A stretch of DNA of 64,000 nucleotides from Haliotis rufescens. Its lineage: Eukaryota. Where the stretch lies: assembly GCF_023055435.1 (NCBI RefSeq), contig NW_025964001.1:16678001-16742000 (forward strand), read 5' to 3'. The notes beneath the pieces are model-generated. The model worked only from the letters and a program-made list of their open reading frames with translations. It had not been told where the DNA came from and searched no databases. Positions 1 through 14,210 of the stretch are shown piece after piece. Numbering within the stretch: the first letter of the stretch is position 1; each line of letters opens with the position of its first letter. Made by a program: the position numbers and the translations under genes.

Positions 1-47
1 GCCATGCTCATTATGTTTTTTTATAATGACCCATTTTGCTTTTGCAG

Positions 48-3000
48 ACACTATCGAACCTTGGGGTATTATCAGCAATAGAAGTCATTTTGGTAAGCCA
101 ATTTTATGTCCACATTTTAAGTTCAAATGAGATGCAATACATATTACTGTTTAGCATCATATGTTTGGCATGAAACTAGATTATGACACGTTCAATGTTT
201 ATTGTGTTTTCAGATATAAATTAATACATCTATAAGTATGCATCAACATTATAGAAATATTTTTGTCTGATTGTTTGACATTCAGTTAAACCATGTTCTT
301 TTGTTTCATCAAAATATCTGGAGAAAGAAACATGCAGGATGTTGATATTTCACATGAATTTAATGTTTTATGTATAAAATAAACTTAAGTCAATATGATG
401 TGGTTATTTTACTATTCAGATTCATTGCACTTTCAAATAAGAAATGACCATAAGTGAATCTTGTTACAGCAAAATAACTAGTCTAACAATCTGCGCCTTG
501 AGACACTAGTATATAACCTGAGTAAAACTGCTTTCTCTGGATTAATCTTGAATAACAGACTGCTCTTTCATTCTACAAAGATGTAAACCCTCCCAGTATT
601 TGATGAATATGCAACAGTATTTTTAACACTCTTTGGTATACTAACAGTTTAGTTCAAACTAACAAGTAATATCTCAGATGGCTTGAAGAGTCCATGGTTG
701 ATTTTTCTTCAATCCAACATTGTAGTCTTCAGACTTAGGCTTCTGAACATGTGCTATTATCATCTTCCTGAGGCAAGGGAGTTAACTGACTGTAAAAAAT
801 CCAGTTTCCACCCTTGCTGAACAGGGCCGGAATTTTTGGGCTAGATCATGGCACCACCAGTGGCTATTACAAGTTGTCCCTTCTTTGTCCCTCCTTACTG
901 ATTCTACCTCTTATATCACTTGCATTTGCTTCAAAGAAAATGGTGGCACCCACTCAAGATGATCTGGTCGATATTCAAAATCTATATTTTGATAAAAATG
1001 GGTCTTACTTTGTGATTTGCATCAAATCATTTAAGTACCTTGAATAAAAACCCGAAAAGATTTGGAAAATATCTGTTGACGCCGTGTTGGCAGTACACAT
1101 TCTTTGCAAATCCTGCAATCGATCGAAACATACACAGCAGTTTGTGAACAGGATGTTGATTTGGTTACGCGAATTTGATTGCACTAAACGTAGACTTGTT
1201 ATTCCAGCCAAACTATTACTCCATAATTCCAGAAAGTTCAGCAAGGGTGGACACTTGACTTTTATAGAAAGTTAACTCCCTTGCCTCAGGAAGATGGTGC
1301 AATTATAAGGCATTAGTTTTATTCTTGGTAATCATGTGACGCATGTTGCCAGCCTGGGACCCCAGTATTCATGCCTTAGACACCCAAAATGTATTACTGA
1401 GAATTTCATGGACTCGAAAATAGACAGACCTGGGTAAATACATAAACTATGTTAAAGACAGGCTTGAATTATGGATTTTATCTGCTGTATTCTTTCAATG
1501 CGGTGTTTTGGTACAGATGGTATTACCGATCTGTACTGCATCTGTACTGAATCATCATATTGAAAGAATGTAGTAGTTAAATTTGGTAAGTTAACTTTGT
1601 CTTCATTGATACTACAGCTCCTAAAATGCCACCTAAACATATTTAACTATATTTTCTTATATCTTGAATGCTGTAATCTGTTCATGTAATGCTAGCTTTA
1701 GTGAATGTAGGTTTTTTTCCTGAAAATTGCATTCTTCTTGTTTCAGGGGTTAGATGATGCTAGAATGAAGACAGCTGCCATAGACATATTTTCCTACATA
1801 GTGGAATTCAGTCCGTCCATGGTGCGGGAGTTTGTACTTCATGAAAGCCAGAATCAAGATGACGTAAGTCCTGTCTGAAAATACTTGTAGAATTACCTTC
1901 ATCCTCTTAATAAAAAAGTGTTCAAAATTAAGGGGAGTGTTTAGGTTCTCCTTGCTGGAATCTGTCCAAGGATCTATCTAGACCTGCTCGAATGCTGCAG
2001 TAAATGTCAGCAGAATATTTGTTTCTAAAAGTAAAGTCATGACTTTCCAAATGTAATGATATCAGGACAAAAAAATAAGTTAAAATATTTCTGAATTTAA
2101 GAAAATATGAATGTAAAAAAATCCAATTTTTCAACTCAACTGACTGAAAGTCCAATGAGCCCTTGTCATGGCCTGTTTATCTGGTGTCAGTCATGAATCG
2201 TTAACAAATGTTATGATCTATTCAATTCTGCAAAGATGTATATACACATGAGACTTGCACTTTAAATTCTCTCACAAGGCAAATTTGGCTATATCTCCTT
2301 ATGAGGATGACATGTTTTGTTGAGGTCAATATGTTATGGCGTTAGTGTTTAGTCCTCAGTATTTATGCAGAAACTGTTTGAATGTCAATGCTGACAGCAA
2401 GGTTTTTTATACTACCAACCTAAAATTGTAGGAGGTAAAGAGTTATGCCAAGGTATTTCGAGTTGATTCTTTTAAGACTTGGTGAACACATTTTATACCT
2501 AAAGGAGAGGCACAGTGTGAAGTTTTGTTGGCGTGATTTCAGTATTTTGATTTTCTGGGGGAAAAAGTTTTTTTCCATGTTTTTTGCTTGAATTGTTTTC
2601 CTTAAACATTTGTGCGACATATAACTTGAAAACGACAGCATGGATCCTTTTCAAATTTAGGGCACAGTCTCCATACTAATTGAAGAGGTACAGTGAAACG
2701 TTTGATTTTGAAATGTGTATTTTCTGAGAAAATGTTTTCATGTTGTGAACTTTAAAATTTGTTTTACTTTGATAAGTGGACTTTCTGAGAAAATATTGCT
2801 TTTTTTCGTGTTTTGAACTAACTTACCCTGCTTACTTTTTCTTGTTATAAAAAGTGTCTGTCTTTGTTGACATTTTAAACTTTTGACTTCACATCCAGAT
2901 AAGCCAGTGCCATAACACTATTTTTAACAATTTGCCTGCCGTGGAGTCCTAGTTAAATCCCTGCTACGCATCCCCAAGAATCATCTTTGTTTGCAAAGGG

Positions 3001-6000
3001 AATGAAAGCTGTGTAGGAATTTTTGTTGTTGATTTGAACCTGTTGTTTCAATGCAATAAGCATATTACATCTTTCTTCTGGTTGCAGGATGAACTCTTGA
3101 TTAACCTAGTCATTGAACAGATGGTCAATGACGCAGATCCTGGTGAGTAGAATGATAGAGACTGAATTACCTTTAATCAGCTTGCACCAATGTTTCCTTA
3201 ACATGCTTTACCACAAGTAATCTTGGGATAATTGTGGCTTATAAACATTTTTGGTACCGAGGTTTGTATAGTTTCATATAACTTTTGAAGTATGTTGTAT
3301 TTGTTTAGGTAAGAATTTGTACTGACAAATGTTTAAATAACAAATACTTGAATGAAGCAGATACACAATTGAATACTAGATCTGGAAAGTATGATATTAT
3401 GGAATTAAGTTGTTAAGTAAATCCCCCTTAGGTGGGATAGTAATAGTGTTGTATGTTGTGTCTGTGATTCTTCTGTCTACTATATCTGATACTGTTTCTC
3501 ATCATTGTGGACTGCTATCTAGAACTGGGGGGTGCCATGCAGCTCATGACAGTAATCAGGCTGCTGCTTGATCCCGAGAATATGATGCCAACAGCCAATG
3601 TAAGTCTTATAACCTTAATACATTGATTCGGATATGGTTGACAAGAATGAAAAATGTGATAATTTGTTCATTATGCACTATTTTTTAGTGAAATGGATTG
3701 TGAGAAAGGTTCAATAACTGTAATATTCTCTTCAGCCTGCTTTCAACACTGCAGGCCGGTGTACTGGCCACAACGTCACTAGTCCCCAGATACCGCAGGC
3801 CGGTAAACGTCCATGCTGTAGCCACGTCACAATAATATGAACTTTTATGAACTTACCTGTTATAACATTCATTTATTAAATCTATCACTTTTCACAATGT
3901 CAAAAAACATATATTTCATATCTATTCATCATATTTTATCAATAGATTTCTTACAGTGTTATTGAAAAAGAAATTCCTGCACACATGCTTCGACAACAGA
4001 TCCCTCTCGAAAAAGTCAAGAGAAAAATAAAGACATTTCAAGCAAATACTTATATATATTCAATATATGATCAACAAAAATATCTATAAAAGTTGTCAAA
4101 CTTGCATCTAAGTGAAGATTTTCATTTTGTGCGATGATGCTCTTTAAGTCAAACAACATCTTGGCATTTGTCGCCCCTATTTTCATGCTCGGACACGATC
4201 TTTAATGACAAAATATGTGCATAAGAAATCTTTTTCACAGTTCATAACCTAGCACGATATGTCCACGAAGTACACATATTTTAAGTGTAGGTCGCAATTC
4301 CATGCTTAAGACTTTCAGAATAACACGACTTAACCAAAATCTTTCGTCTATATCTGAAATCATCATACATGAGGATGGTATCCATTGCTGCAATTTGATT
4401 GGCTTTCTTAGGTCACATGCTTAAATTTAACCAATCACGATACTGGTAGCAGATTACGGTAAAAAAGCATAATTAGAACCCAATTTCAATTAAATAATAA
4501 TGCATGTTACAACTACGAATATACCCCTGGCGAGATTACTTTAATATTGTGGATGTTCAGAGCTTTCGCACAATACCAAACATCAAAGGAATCTTCACAC
4601 ATGTTATTGTACAAGGCTTCGATAACCGAGGTATTTCACATGTTTTCGCATGTACTGAGTGGAATGCCACTGTTATCGGGAAATAGGTGCTGATAGATAT
4701 TATTTAAAATTCTTCTTATAATTCTTTTCCACACAGAAACTATGACATTAAAAAAGAAATAGATCAGTGGATATTGTAAAATCTTACAATTGCTGAATTT
4801 TTCGCTTCCTCTTTGCTTAATCTGGACATTATGAATGTGTTAACTTAATTTTTATTAAAAACGAATTTAAGTTGTAAGTGAATTATTTAAGTAATATTAT
4901 TAAAATTATATAAACAGTATTTATAAACAGGCGGAATAGACCTGTTAAATGGTGTATGACATGCAGTAACAAAGATGTTTTACCAGATGTAAGTACCAGT
5001 GTACTTTTTGGGGTGGCTAAGTAGGATGTAATGTTTGCACTTGACATTACAGAAGACTGAGAAGACTGAGTTTCTGAGCTTCTTCTACAAACACAGCATG
5101 CATGTCTTGACAGCTCCCCTTTTTGCCAACACAGTGGATGAGAGGCCAAGTAAAGGTAAACAACATTTGAATTATTCAGTTGCTCATTATATCAATTGCT
5201 GGATTATCTGGTCCAGACTAGATTGTTTATAGGCCTCTCCAGGATTTTCTGGGATTATTGATCCTTTAATGCAATGATATAAAACAAAGCATTAAACCCT
5301 GTCCCTATTTAATGGTATTGTTACAAGTAAGTACAAAGCAATATGATTAGTTATTAGTTAATACATTGTAATATGAATTGGGAAATTTTAAGTTCCAAAT
5401 TGGGAATTTTTAATGATATCTGCTGCAAACTTTGGGTCAAATGTTGGCCTCTGAGCATGTCTTGATTAAATCCCTGCTTCTGTCACTTTGTCACTTATTT
5501 AATGATGTTTGTTTTCTAGATGATTACCAGACTGCTCAGCTGCTAGGCCTGATTTTGGAGCTGCTATCTTTCTGTGTGGAGCATCACACGTACCACATCA
5601 AGAACTATGTTATTAGCAAGGACCTCCTTGGTAGAGTGCTCGTACTGCTCAAGTCAAGACACTCTTTTCTTGCTCTTTGTAAGTTGTTCACAATGTTAAT
5701 TTGACTCTTCTTCTGGTGTACCTCGCCATGATATTGCTGGAATATTGCTATAAGCGGTGTAAAACCATAGTCACTGATTTGACTGTTGTACTGCTTATTT
5801 CTGGAGTAAATTGTCTGAAATGTGTCTGACAACTGGATGAAATCAGAATACGTTACATCAATAGTCAAAATGTTCCAAATGAGGGGGTCCATGAGGTTCT
5901 TGCTGTAATAAATTGGATCAAGAGAACCCATACAGCTTCAGTTTTTAACCCAAGAGTTTTGTCATGAACCCCTCAACTTTCAAGCTGGAATTCGAAACAC

Positions 6001-9000
6001 TGCAGATGATTATAGATCTGTATGAACACTGACCCGAGAATACTTGGTTTCTTGCTTCAACTTTATCTGATATTCTTCATTTTCACATAGTCATCAGGAT
6101 AACAGGTCAGGTATTATTTTTGCTCAGCAAAGTCTTGAGTGGATATAAGCTGACTATTATTTCTTTATTCTTTGCAGGTGCCTTAAGGTTTATGAGAAAG
6201 ATTGTTGGCTTGAAAGAAGAGTTCTACAACCGATATATTGTCAAGGGCAACCTGTTCAAACCTATTGTTGAGGCATTTGTTGCCAATGGAGACCGATATA
6301 ATCTGCTTAACTCTGCAATGATTGAATTGTTTGAATTTGTCAAAGCTGTAAGTTTTTGGACATTGGTATTTAACATTCAAACACAAGTTTCTTGATAATT
6401 ATGCACCCGTAAGCAATTTTCAAAAATGAAGAAATAGCAGCTATTACAAGCGTAACTAAGTTAAAAGGTGCTGGATTTTCTGTTCTATCTTTTGTTGGTT
6501 TGATTTCGAAAAGCATATTTGATGGATTAATCAAAAGTATAATTGATTGTAATACAAAGCATCTGATACAGCCTCAAAACGTGTTTACCTTGTGACTGTT
6601 CATTCGCTATTTATAAATATCACTACAATTAATGAATATTGAGACATTTTCAAGTACATGTATTTGTAATTCTGTAGCAAATCAGTTAATGCCTTGTTTT
6701 GAGGACATGGAGGGCAGGGCCCTGATGCCTGCCTCTAATGTGATTTGACTGATAAATTGTATGTATTTGTACAGGAGGATGTGAAGTCTCTGTGTTCACA
6801 TATAGTAGAGAACTTCATCAAAGATCTAGATGGTGTGAAGTATGTGAAGACATTTGAATCATTAAAACTGAGGTACGAACAACAGCAAGACAGGTTGAAA
6901 GACAGGGCAAATACTGAGAGGTAATTTGCTCAGATATCTACAACTTTGTTGCTTTGCAAGTGTATCATGCAGCATTACCTGGCATGTCAAGTCCTTTGAT
7001 GGAAATATTGTTTCATGCATTGATCTGAAAAAGTGAATGAATTTTGGTAAAACATAATCACCATATTTAATTTGAAGCAAGTGAATTCACTTGTCAGAAA
7101 TCAAAGGACTGGATTTTGTAAAAGTAATTATGTAAGGTCATGCTGTAGAGACACTTGATGTTATGTAAACGACCCAGTAACATAAATACTGATCTCTATT
7201 AGTGGTGGGACGATACACCGATGCATATTTTTCTTCCCGATACAAGTATAGATCACAGTCGCACACTAAGTAAAAACTATCGATTCATACCTTAAATGTT
7301 TACTTTAATGGCTGTTACACGGAACTTTAATTAGTCGTGAAAATTAGTATTGAAAAAGTAAATATGGTCATCCATTGCGTCATACTTGACACTGTCAACT
7401 GTAAATCGTCAGTGTGCTAGGTATTTGACTATCCTATCTATGAAAAAGATGTCTTACGAACCACAGATAAGGGCACATACAAGTATCGTGATACGTATTG
7501 GATGGTGAACAAGGTATTGTGATACGTATCGGATCGCATAGTTGGTGTATAGTCCCAGCCCTAATCTCTATCACATGCTCAATTGTAAACTCTGTCAAAG
7601 AATCCTAGCTGGTAAATGAATTTATCGTCAATCAACAAGTGAACTCTGTGTAATTGATTGATTTGGACAGTATCATATAAATGTGCAAAACATAATTAAC
7701 ATGAGTGTAGAATGTATTCTGAGACAAATTGTATGATGAGTAAGAGAAAAAAAGAAAATATGAAATGGTTTTACAGTGCATACAAGGGTTTCCGCGAGTA
7801 TGAAAGTTATGTAAGTTGTATTCATGTACAGATTTGCTGTATTCAGTCACCCAGGATCACTGGGGCGAATGAACCGCTTCCGCCGAGATGTTCGGATCAT
7901 GGATGAAGAAGAGGAAATGTGGTTCAATGAAGATGAGGAAATGGATGACTCTGAGGCCCATGCTCCCATGTCAGACATCCTCAGGACAAAACTGGATGCA
8001 GACTTTGACCAAATAAATAGAATTTTAGAAAATAAAAAAGGTTAGAGAGAAATTGACTTTGACTCGAGGGAGAGGTTGTAATGCGTGTGAATAGACTTGT
8101 TTAAAAATACCAATATTTTATGACATGTATGTTTGACCAGTTGCTTTTGAGGATCCCCAATTCTCTCTATATTCTTCATGTATTCAAATTATACTGAAAA
8201 CATGCTTGAAGTGTGGTCAATCTTTTATGCTTCAATCGAACTGAATGATATTGAGGACAAAAATATATGTAATTTTTTTTTTTTTAAATACAAATGTGTT
8301 TTTAACATAGTATCTGAATACTGACTTTTATTTGAAAATATCTTTCACCTTTCAGCCAAAGAACAGGCAGAGCTCCGAGAGTCTCCACCCAGACTACTCA
8401 ACAAGACTTCCACTATCAACATCAATCTACGCAGTGGTAGTCCCCTCTCCAGTCCCAACAGCTCCCCAGGCAGCCCAGGCTCGCCCGAGAACGCCTACTC
8501 CCCACCTGGAAGCCCTGGCAGTCCTAACACACCCAAGATAGCACCTCCACCCACACCAGACTGTTCACCTAACTCATCGCCACAACTTAAACCAAATGCT
8601 ATCGCCAAAAAGGTACTATACTTAGCCTGTTATTTTGTCAGGTTTCTTTGTTTGAAAAGGCATCTGTATTTAAGTACATTTTTTCCTTGGTATGGTTTTG
8701 GAAGTTTGAATCCCACATAAACATCATATTTTATGCCAATCCTTACACACTTGTGTATCAATAAAAGAATAAGATATAGAGAATATCACCCAAGTGTCTT
8801 TTGATATCAAATATATCAACATAAGTTGATAAAAGTGGAAAAGGTCTGAGGCTTGCCCAGGAGTTTTTCATTTTATTAATGAGTGTTGATGTTATGAGTG
8901 TTAATACATTTGATATCAAAAGACACAAGGGTGAGGTTTTATTTATCATCCAATATTCTTCCAATTTTTTCAGTTTGTAGACAGTAATAAGCAGTGTCTT

Positions 9001-9595
9001 AGTGTCAAAGGTACTGGTAACAGCTTCAGTAGCAGAGCCATTAGGGATGTCATTTGATTGTGACATCATGGTAACCAATGATGTCACAATGGTCTGCAAA
9101 GCATTGTGATGCAATTTTATTGCAGTGATATCTACAATGTAGATTTCGCTTGATCTCACCCTTGTGATATCTCCTGTGGGAGCCAGTTTTTTTAATGATA
9201 AATGTAGAAGTACACGCTCTAAAAGTATGTTAACCATTAGAAATGTTAGATCATCATGCTTCATGTGAGGTTGACAGAATGAATCCTGAATCATTATTGT
9301 GAAAGATGACGCAACTTAAGTGAATGGATGGATGGCCAGAGATGTAGTTGAAAATGTTACCTGTTGCTACTGCTTACATGATATGGCTGGGATAAAACAT
9401 ACTATGCTGACTTTAATTCGCTTTAGCTGATGTTAATTTAAGACTTTCACATTAACAAATGACTACAAGACCTGATGTTGAACTCCTGTGTTTCAGCCAT
9501 TGGTTGGTCTTGTTGACTACCCAGATGAAGATTCAGATGAGGAGGAAGATGAGACAATATTACCCTCTCCAAAGAGAGCGCGGTTAGGGACGTAA
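48..9595 (+). CDS. PPP4R3: Serine/threonine-protein phosphatase 4 regulatory subunit 3 (SMEK/falafel), 3' portion; the 5' exons lie upstream of the window
   Basis: Exons with AG/GT boundaries: 48-92, 1747-1863, 3088-3142, 3523-3599, 5053-5155, 5520-5678, 6178-6347, 6775-6920, 7847-8040, 8356-8612, 9497-9595. They join in frame (1422 nt). Motifs [66 protein letters not shown] and C-terminal [20 protein letters not shown] are typical of SMEK. Confidence 0.96.
761..1296. mobile_element. Non-autonomous TIR element (Mutator-like MITE) in a SMEK intron
   Basis: TIR CATCTTCCTGAGGCAAGGGAGTTAACT at both ends. Flanked by a 10-bp near-direct repeat GTGC(T/A)ATTAT (751-760, 1297-1306). A related partial copy starts at about 61076. 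Confidence 0.8.
7200..7563. mobile_element. hAT-type MITE
   Basis: Termini TAGTGGTGGGACGATAC...GTATAGTCCCAGCCCTA; perfect 8-bp TSD ATCTCTAT (7192-7199, 7564-7571); internal CGATAC/GTATCG repeats. Confidence 0.85.
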
Positions 9596-12500
9596 CTTCT
9601 GTAGTAGAGTAGTACGAGGACTTGATTTACACTGTGTTCTGGGCTTGTCACTGCGTGCATGATGCACAACCTCGCAGCCCTGCTCGCAATGGAGGGAGGG
9701 CCCTGTCTGACCTTTGCTTGACCTCACTCAACCAACCATTCCACAGATGAAATGACAAGTCGGTGATAGATCCACAATCCCTCACTGGATGGCCTCCCAC
9801 ACCAGACAAATGGGAGTATACGTAGTACTTGACCAATCCTGGTGCCCGTGACAAGCAGAGCTGTTCATAACCAATCATGATGAAACATTGCAGAACAAGT
9901 TTTCCACCAATCATATTGCTGAAGGCTGCTAGTGCATCAGGATCATGCCTCAGGAATTCCATGACCAGCTGTTTGAATACCTGTGCTGAATCCGACTTGT
10001 AGAACTTGGTCAAAATAGTGCATGTGTTTAATGTGATTGTGAACCAAAGACATGTCAATAGATTGTATAAAAATGGTTTGTCTTAGAAATCAAAGGATAT
10101 GCAGATTCTGAGGTTTGAAACCTGTGCTTGTAAGATCGGACCATTCACAAAGACGTTGTTTTTTGTTTTTTAAAGGAGAGACTTTATTATATTGTGATTG
10201 ATTACAGCATTTGTCATTGTATTCACTGAAACAGCCATCATCATTGAAATGTGTTGTAAATGGAATGTGTGAATTTATTTATATGAATCCATACCATTCA
10301 TACAGCATAAGTGTTCTCCATTTTCAAGAGATGCAAAGTATGACGACATAATCCTTAACTTCTCAAATTTTAGCATTAGCAAAAATTATATTTCTTCAGC
10401 CCCGACATTTTCTCAAAACGTTGCCCTAGAAAAGCAGACATCACCAATTCCTTCAATCTCACTTGTTTCAACGATAATACTTGCACCCTACAGTACAACA
10501 AAGGATTTATTTTTATGTAGAAATGGCATTCGAATCATGTAAAAATTACCAGAAGGGTTGTGTGTATATTCTTGAAATATATATATGGATTTGTTCTTTT
10601 CTGGGTTGCAAGGTAAATATTGGAAATATCGAGGCTAATCATGCAAGGATGTCTCTTTCTGATGTAGCTACTTAAATCCAAGATCCTTGACCAGGCAGCT
10701 GTAAAAAGAAAACAACATATTTTAGGGATGAGATATCCTGGGGATGACGGCGTCCCTAATTCTTGCAGAGAGAATGAAGTCTTTGTACATATATTTTTGT
10801 GACAGGGGAATGAAGTCAAATGGGTAATTATGAGTGCGGATACAGATTTGTGGAAGAATTTATTACAATACAATTCAAAGTGATGAGTATCCCCATACAT
10901 GTGAAGTAGAAAATCCATTTTAGCTGACTGAAATTTTTATCATGTAACATATTCATGTTTAATTAAATAAATGCCATGCTGAAGGCGTGGTTTAGTTATT
11001 TTAAGTGCATGGTCTTCTTAATGAACGCTCATGACTTGGACACTGACCCACAATGAAACAATCAAAAGCTGAAGGCTGAATAAACAGATTTTCATATACA
11101 TCTTGCTTTGCTGTCTTCTGCCATGTATTGTATTGGAATAATGGTCTAATGTTTATTACTGTGAAGTAATTATGATTTGCAGTCATTTTTTCCTCTCATC
11201 TGCAACTTGGTTACTGGGTACGTCGACTTAAAAAAATAAAACAAGTAAGATTTTGCAAGGAAGATCAATCTTACACATATGTTTTGGAAGGATTGATGGA
11301 ATTTTTTGCAAGATCATGTCATGAGGTTTTTGCTGATTGGAAAGACCATCATAAGTGGCCATCAGATTAAAGAATGGGTGAAAAATCAGCTTATTCAGTG
11401 CGTTTAGATATGATTCTGAAAGTAATAGGTTCAACCCAGTGATTATTGATTAAATTTGCTGGCAACAAGCACGACCAGGGTTTGAATCAAGGGCCAAGGA
11501 ATCTCCATGCGATCAGTTCCATCAAGAAAGCGTCGCGTTCTGTTGTGATACAAGCAAAGGCAGCAGTTTATCCATTATAAAGGTTGAATATTTATGGCGC
11601 AACAAGCCAAAAACATACTTCAGACTTAAAAGGAACCAACTGCATGTGCGAGTCAGCAGAGAAAGCATTCATAAAATCATTCAATATGGTTGACAACTTC
11701 ATCTCCCATTTGATGAAATGCAATATATTTCCCTTTACAATCGCTACAACGGCAGGTATCACATCAAGTAAATCCCTTGGTGTATTAGATGTTGGTTACA
11801 AGGGCGATTGCGCAGTTTTCCCCCAGTTTTTATTAGACTCCTTACATATTAACTGCGCCCTTGGGTATTATGTCTACCCCCTCCTCCCAACCTTTTATCT
11901 CCAAAATCCCAACCTCGGCTAAATGCAAGTGTTTTCATTAACGTACTATTAAATTCTGGTTTCCCTAAATATTTCCCACGATGCCGTTGACGTAAACCGT
12001 GCGCGTTACTTTGGTCATCTGTCAAAATGGTAAATTCAGTCAACTACCTAAGCATAGGAATAGAAAGAAGAATTTCGATAGCTCCGAAATCCACCTCTGT
12101 TGAGTTGCAGAAACTTTGTTAACAACAATTGTATTGCACCGTTCCTCACGAAAGAATAAGATGGTACAAACCTCATTTTGTATGTTTCAGAGAGATTTTG
12201 ATTAAGGCAACCAAAATTATATGAACATGTCTCGTAGCAATTGTGATCTGTGATAAATATTTCTTTTGGAACAGTCTGGTTAATTGTGAACAATAACGAC
12301 AAAAGAAATGTTTTGTGATCCATGGCAAATTCTCACATGGAAAACCGAAACAAATGCCAATATTTAAGCGAAGCGGAGTTGTTTCCCTTTACTCATCGCT
12401 TGTTTTGTGTGACAGCGGATATACACAGATACTGGATTTTCGTTATATGGCAAATTATTTTCAATAAGTGTGAAAATAACATGTCTATGCAATGCAGTTT

Positions 12501-12819
12501 TGAATGTCTTGGAACGGTCCTTGGAAATAAATGTTTGCGATGTCCGTACTCTGGAAGCATCTGTGCCGAGTTGTTCCACCTCGCAGTGCCACAGTTAAAC
12601 ATAACGGTCTGTCGAAACATCTGAAATTATATACTGACACAACAACATTGAAGAATATATCGTTTTAATACTGGAAGTTGTATATATTTCTTGAGGAATT
12701 CAGGGACTAACATAATCCCCAGCCCTTCCCTCCGCCGCCCTTCTTCAACATGAGGTCATGCTGGTACAGGACGTCAAGATGGCCGACAAGATCAAAGTGA
12801 CGGGCAATGTTCTCGATTG

Positions 12820-13069
12820 TTTTTTGTTTTTGTTTTTTGTTTTGTTTAACCACGCACTCAGAAATATTCCAGCTATATGACGGCGTTCTGTAAATAATCG
12901 AATCTGGACCAGACAACCCAGTGATTGACGTCACGAGCATCGATCCATGCAATTGGGATACATCACATGCATCAACCAAGTCGGCGGGCCTGATCACCCG
13001 ATCCAGTTAGTCTCCTCTAACGACAAACATGGATTGCTGAATACCTATTCTAACTCGGATCTTCGCGGG
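12820..13069 (-). mobile_element. SINE family B (Nin-domain-like, (AAAC)n tail)
   Basis: Reverse complement of the consensus CCCGTGAAGATCCGGG...GTCGTAAGAGGCGACTAA...GCTGGAATATTGCTGAGTGCGGCGTTAAACAAC seen in many copies in this window. Confidence 0.8.
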
Positions 13070-13388
13070 ACTTCTCAATTGTAATGAACCTGTATTTAGG
13101 TATTTATAAATAGTCGTCATGGATCAGTTGGCCGATCATTGAAAGGTGATTTTAAAATTGTGTTAGATTCTGAGGTAAATTCAGAGGTTGTTGTAGGCTG
13201 TCGGTCAAGGCAGGGATCAAGTTGATAGTTTGGGTGTGCGTTTCTTCGTGTTGTTCACTAGGATCGGTCGCAGCGAGGATATTCGTGCACAGGCATGCTG
13301 TCAAACTCTCCGATAGACTGACCAATGTATTCTAAAACGCTGAATTCAAGACGATTCAGTAACAACGCTTCTGTATGTATTCATGCTA

Positions 13389-13409
13389 GGGAATTCCCTG
13401 GGTTTTCCC
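13389..13409. promoter_or_regulatory. Tandem NF-kB-like sites (GGGAATTCCC, GGGTTTTCCC)
   Basis: Two adjacent decamers resembling GGGRNNYYCC, separated by 1 nt. Function is not demonstrated. Confidence 0.35.
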
Positions 13410-14046
13410 CACGAATGTGAAAGTAGGCCCAGTCGATCAGTGTTTGTCATTTTAAGAAGTCTCGTGAAAAAGGAAAACGTATGAACATCAAATTGTCAGT
13501 TAACGGTCACGTGACCGCCTTCTCGTCCAATGGAAAATCCGTTTACCGTGTAAATGTAACATTAAACAATTGTTTAAAAAAATAACACCTTAGCTTTACT
13601 GAAATACAGCAGTTGTTAGAAGCCCCGGTAGAGGTCGCCGTCACGTGGGTGGAATATTGCAGAGTGCGGCGTTATAACCGAGACTCACAAATAATCGTGT
13701 CTATGCCAGATAAGCCAGCGACTGTTTTGTAGCAATGAGCTTCTTCTTCGGGGTCAAGTATGCTGTTATCAAGTTAGTCACCGATCTGACCTCCAAATTC
13801 TATAAATCGCAACGTACAACAACCATATAGGTTGCTGGCAACCAATTCTAACCGGTAATCCTCACTGGGTTATTTGGTCTGTGCATGTTATTTCGACGCC
13901 GCCAAGGACAGTAGACTAAATGTGGTAGCTGTCTGTAAATAAAAGAGTATGGGACAGACAAACCAGCGATTGACTTAATGAGCTACAATGACAAGACGTC
14001 GTCAACGAAGTCGCCGAGCATTTTAGACACCGTTTCTTTAAAGAGA

Positions 14047-14210
14047 GGGGCGATGAGGGTAGCCTAATGGTTAAAGCGTTTGCACGTAACACCGAAGACA
14101 CTGGTTCGATTCCCCACTTGTCTACAATGTGTGAAGCTCATTATTCGTGTCCCCGCCGTGATCTTGCTGGAATATTGCCAAAAGCGTCGTAAAACAATAC
14201 TCACTCACTC
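14047..14210 (+). mobile_element. tRNA-derived SINE family A (HalSINE1-like)
   Basis: A box TAGCCTAATGGTTAAAG, B box GGTTCGATTCC, tail GATCTTGCTGGAATATTGC...CGTAAAAC(ACTC)n. Confidence 0.85.

Noticed and set aside
3740-4690. Probable DNA transposon remnant in a SMEK intron
   Set aside because: The composition shifts, but no paired TIRs or TSD could be defined.
8758-10058. 178-aa and 136-aa minus-strand ORFs
   Set aside because: They are antisense to a SMEK intron and 3' UTR and have no recognisable motifs.
11300-12800. Possible minus-strand protein-coding gene
   Set aside because: A plausible donor/acceptor pair exists, but every frame stops early and none resembles a known protein.
14047-14120. 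tRNA genes at SINE heads
   Set aside because: A and B boxes are present but continue into SINE bodies with tails and TSDs; there is no complete cloverleaf with a poly-T terminator.
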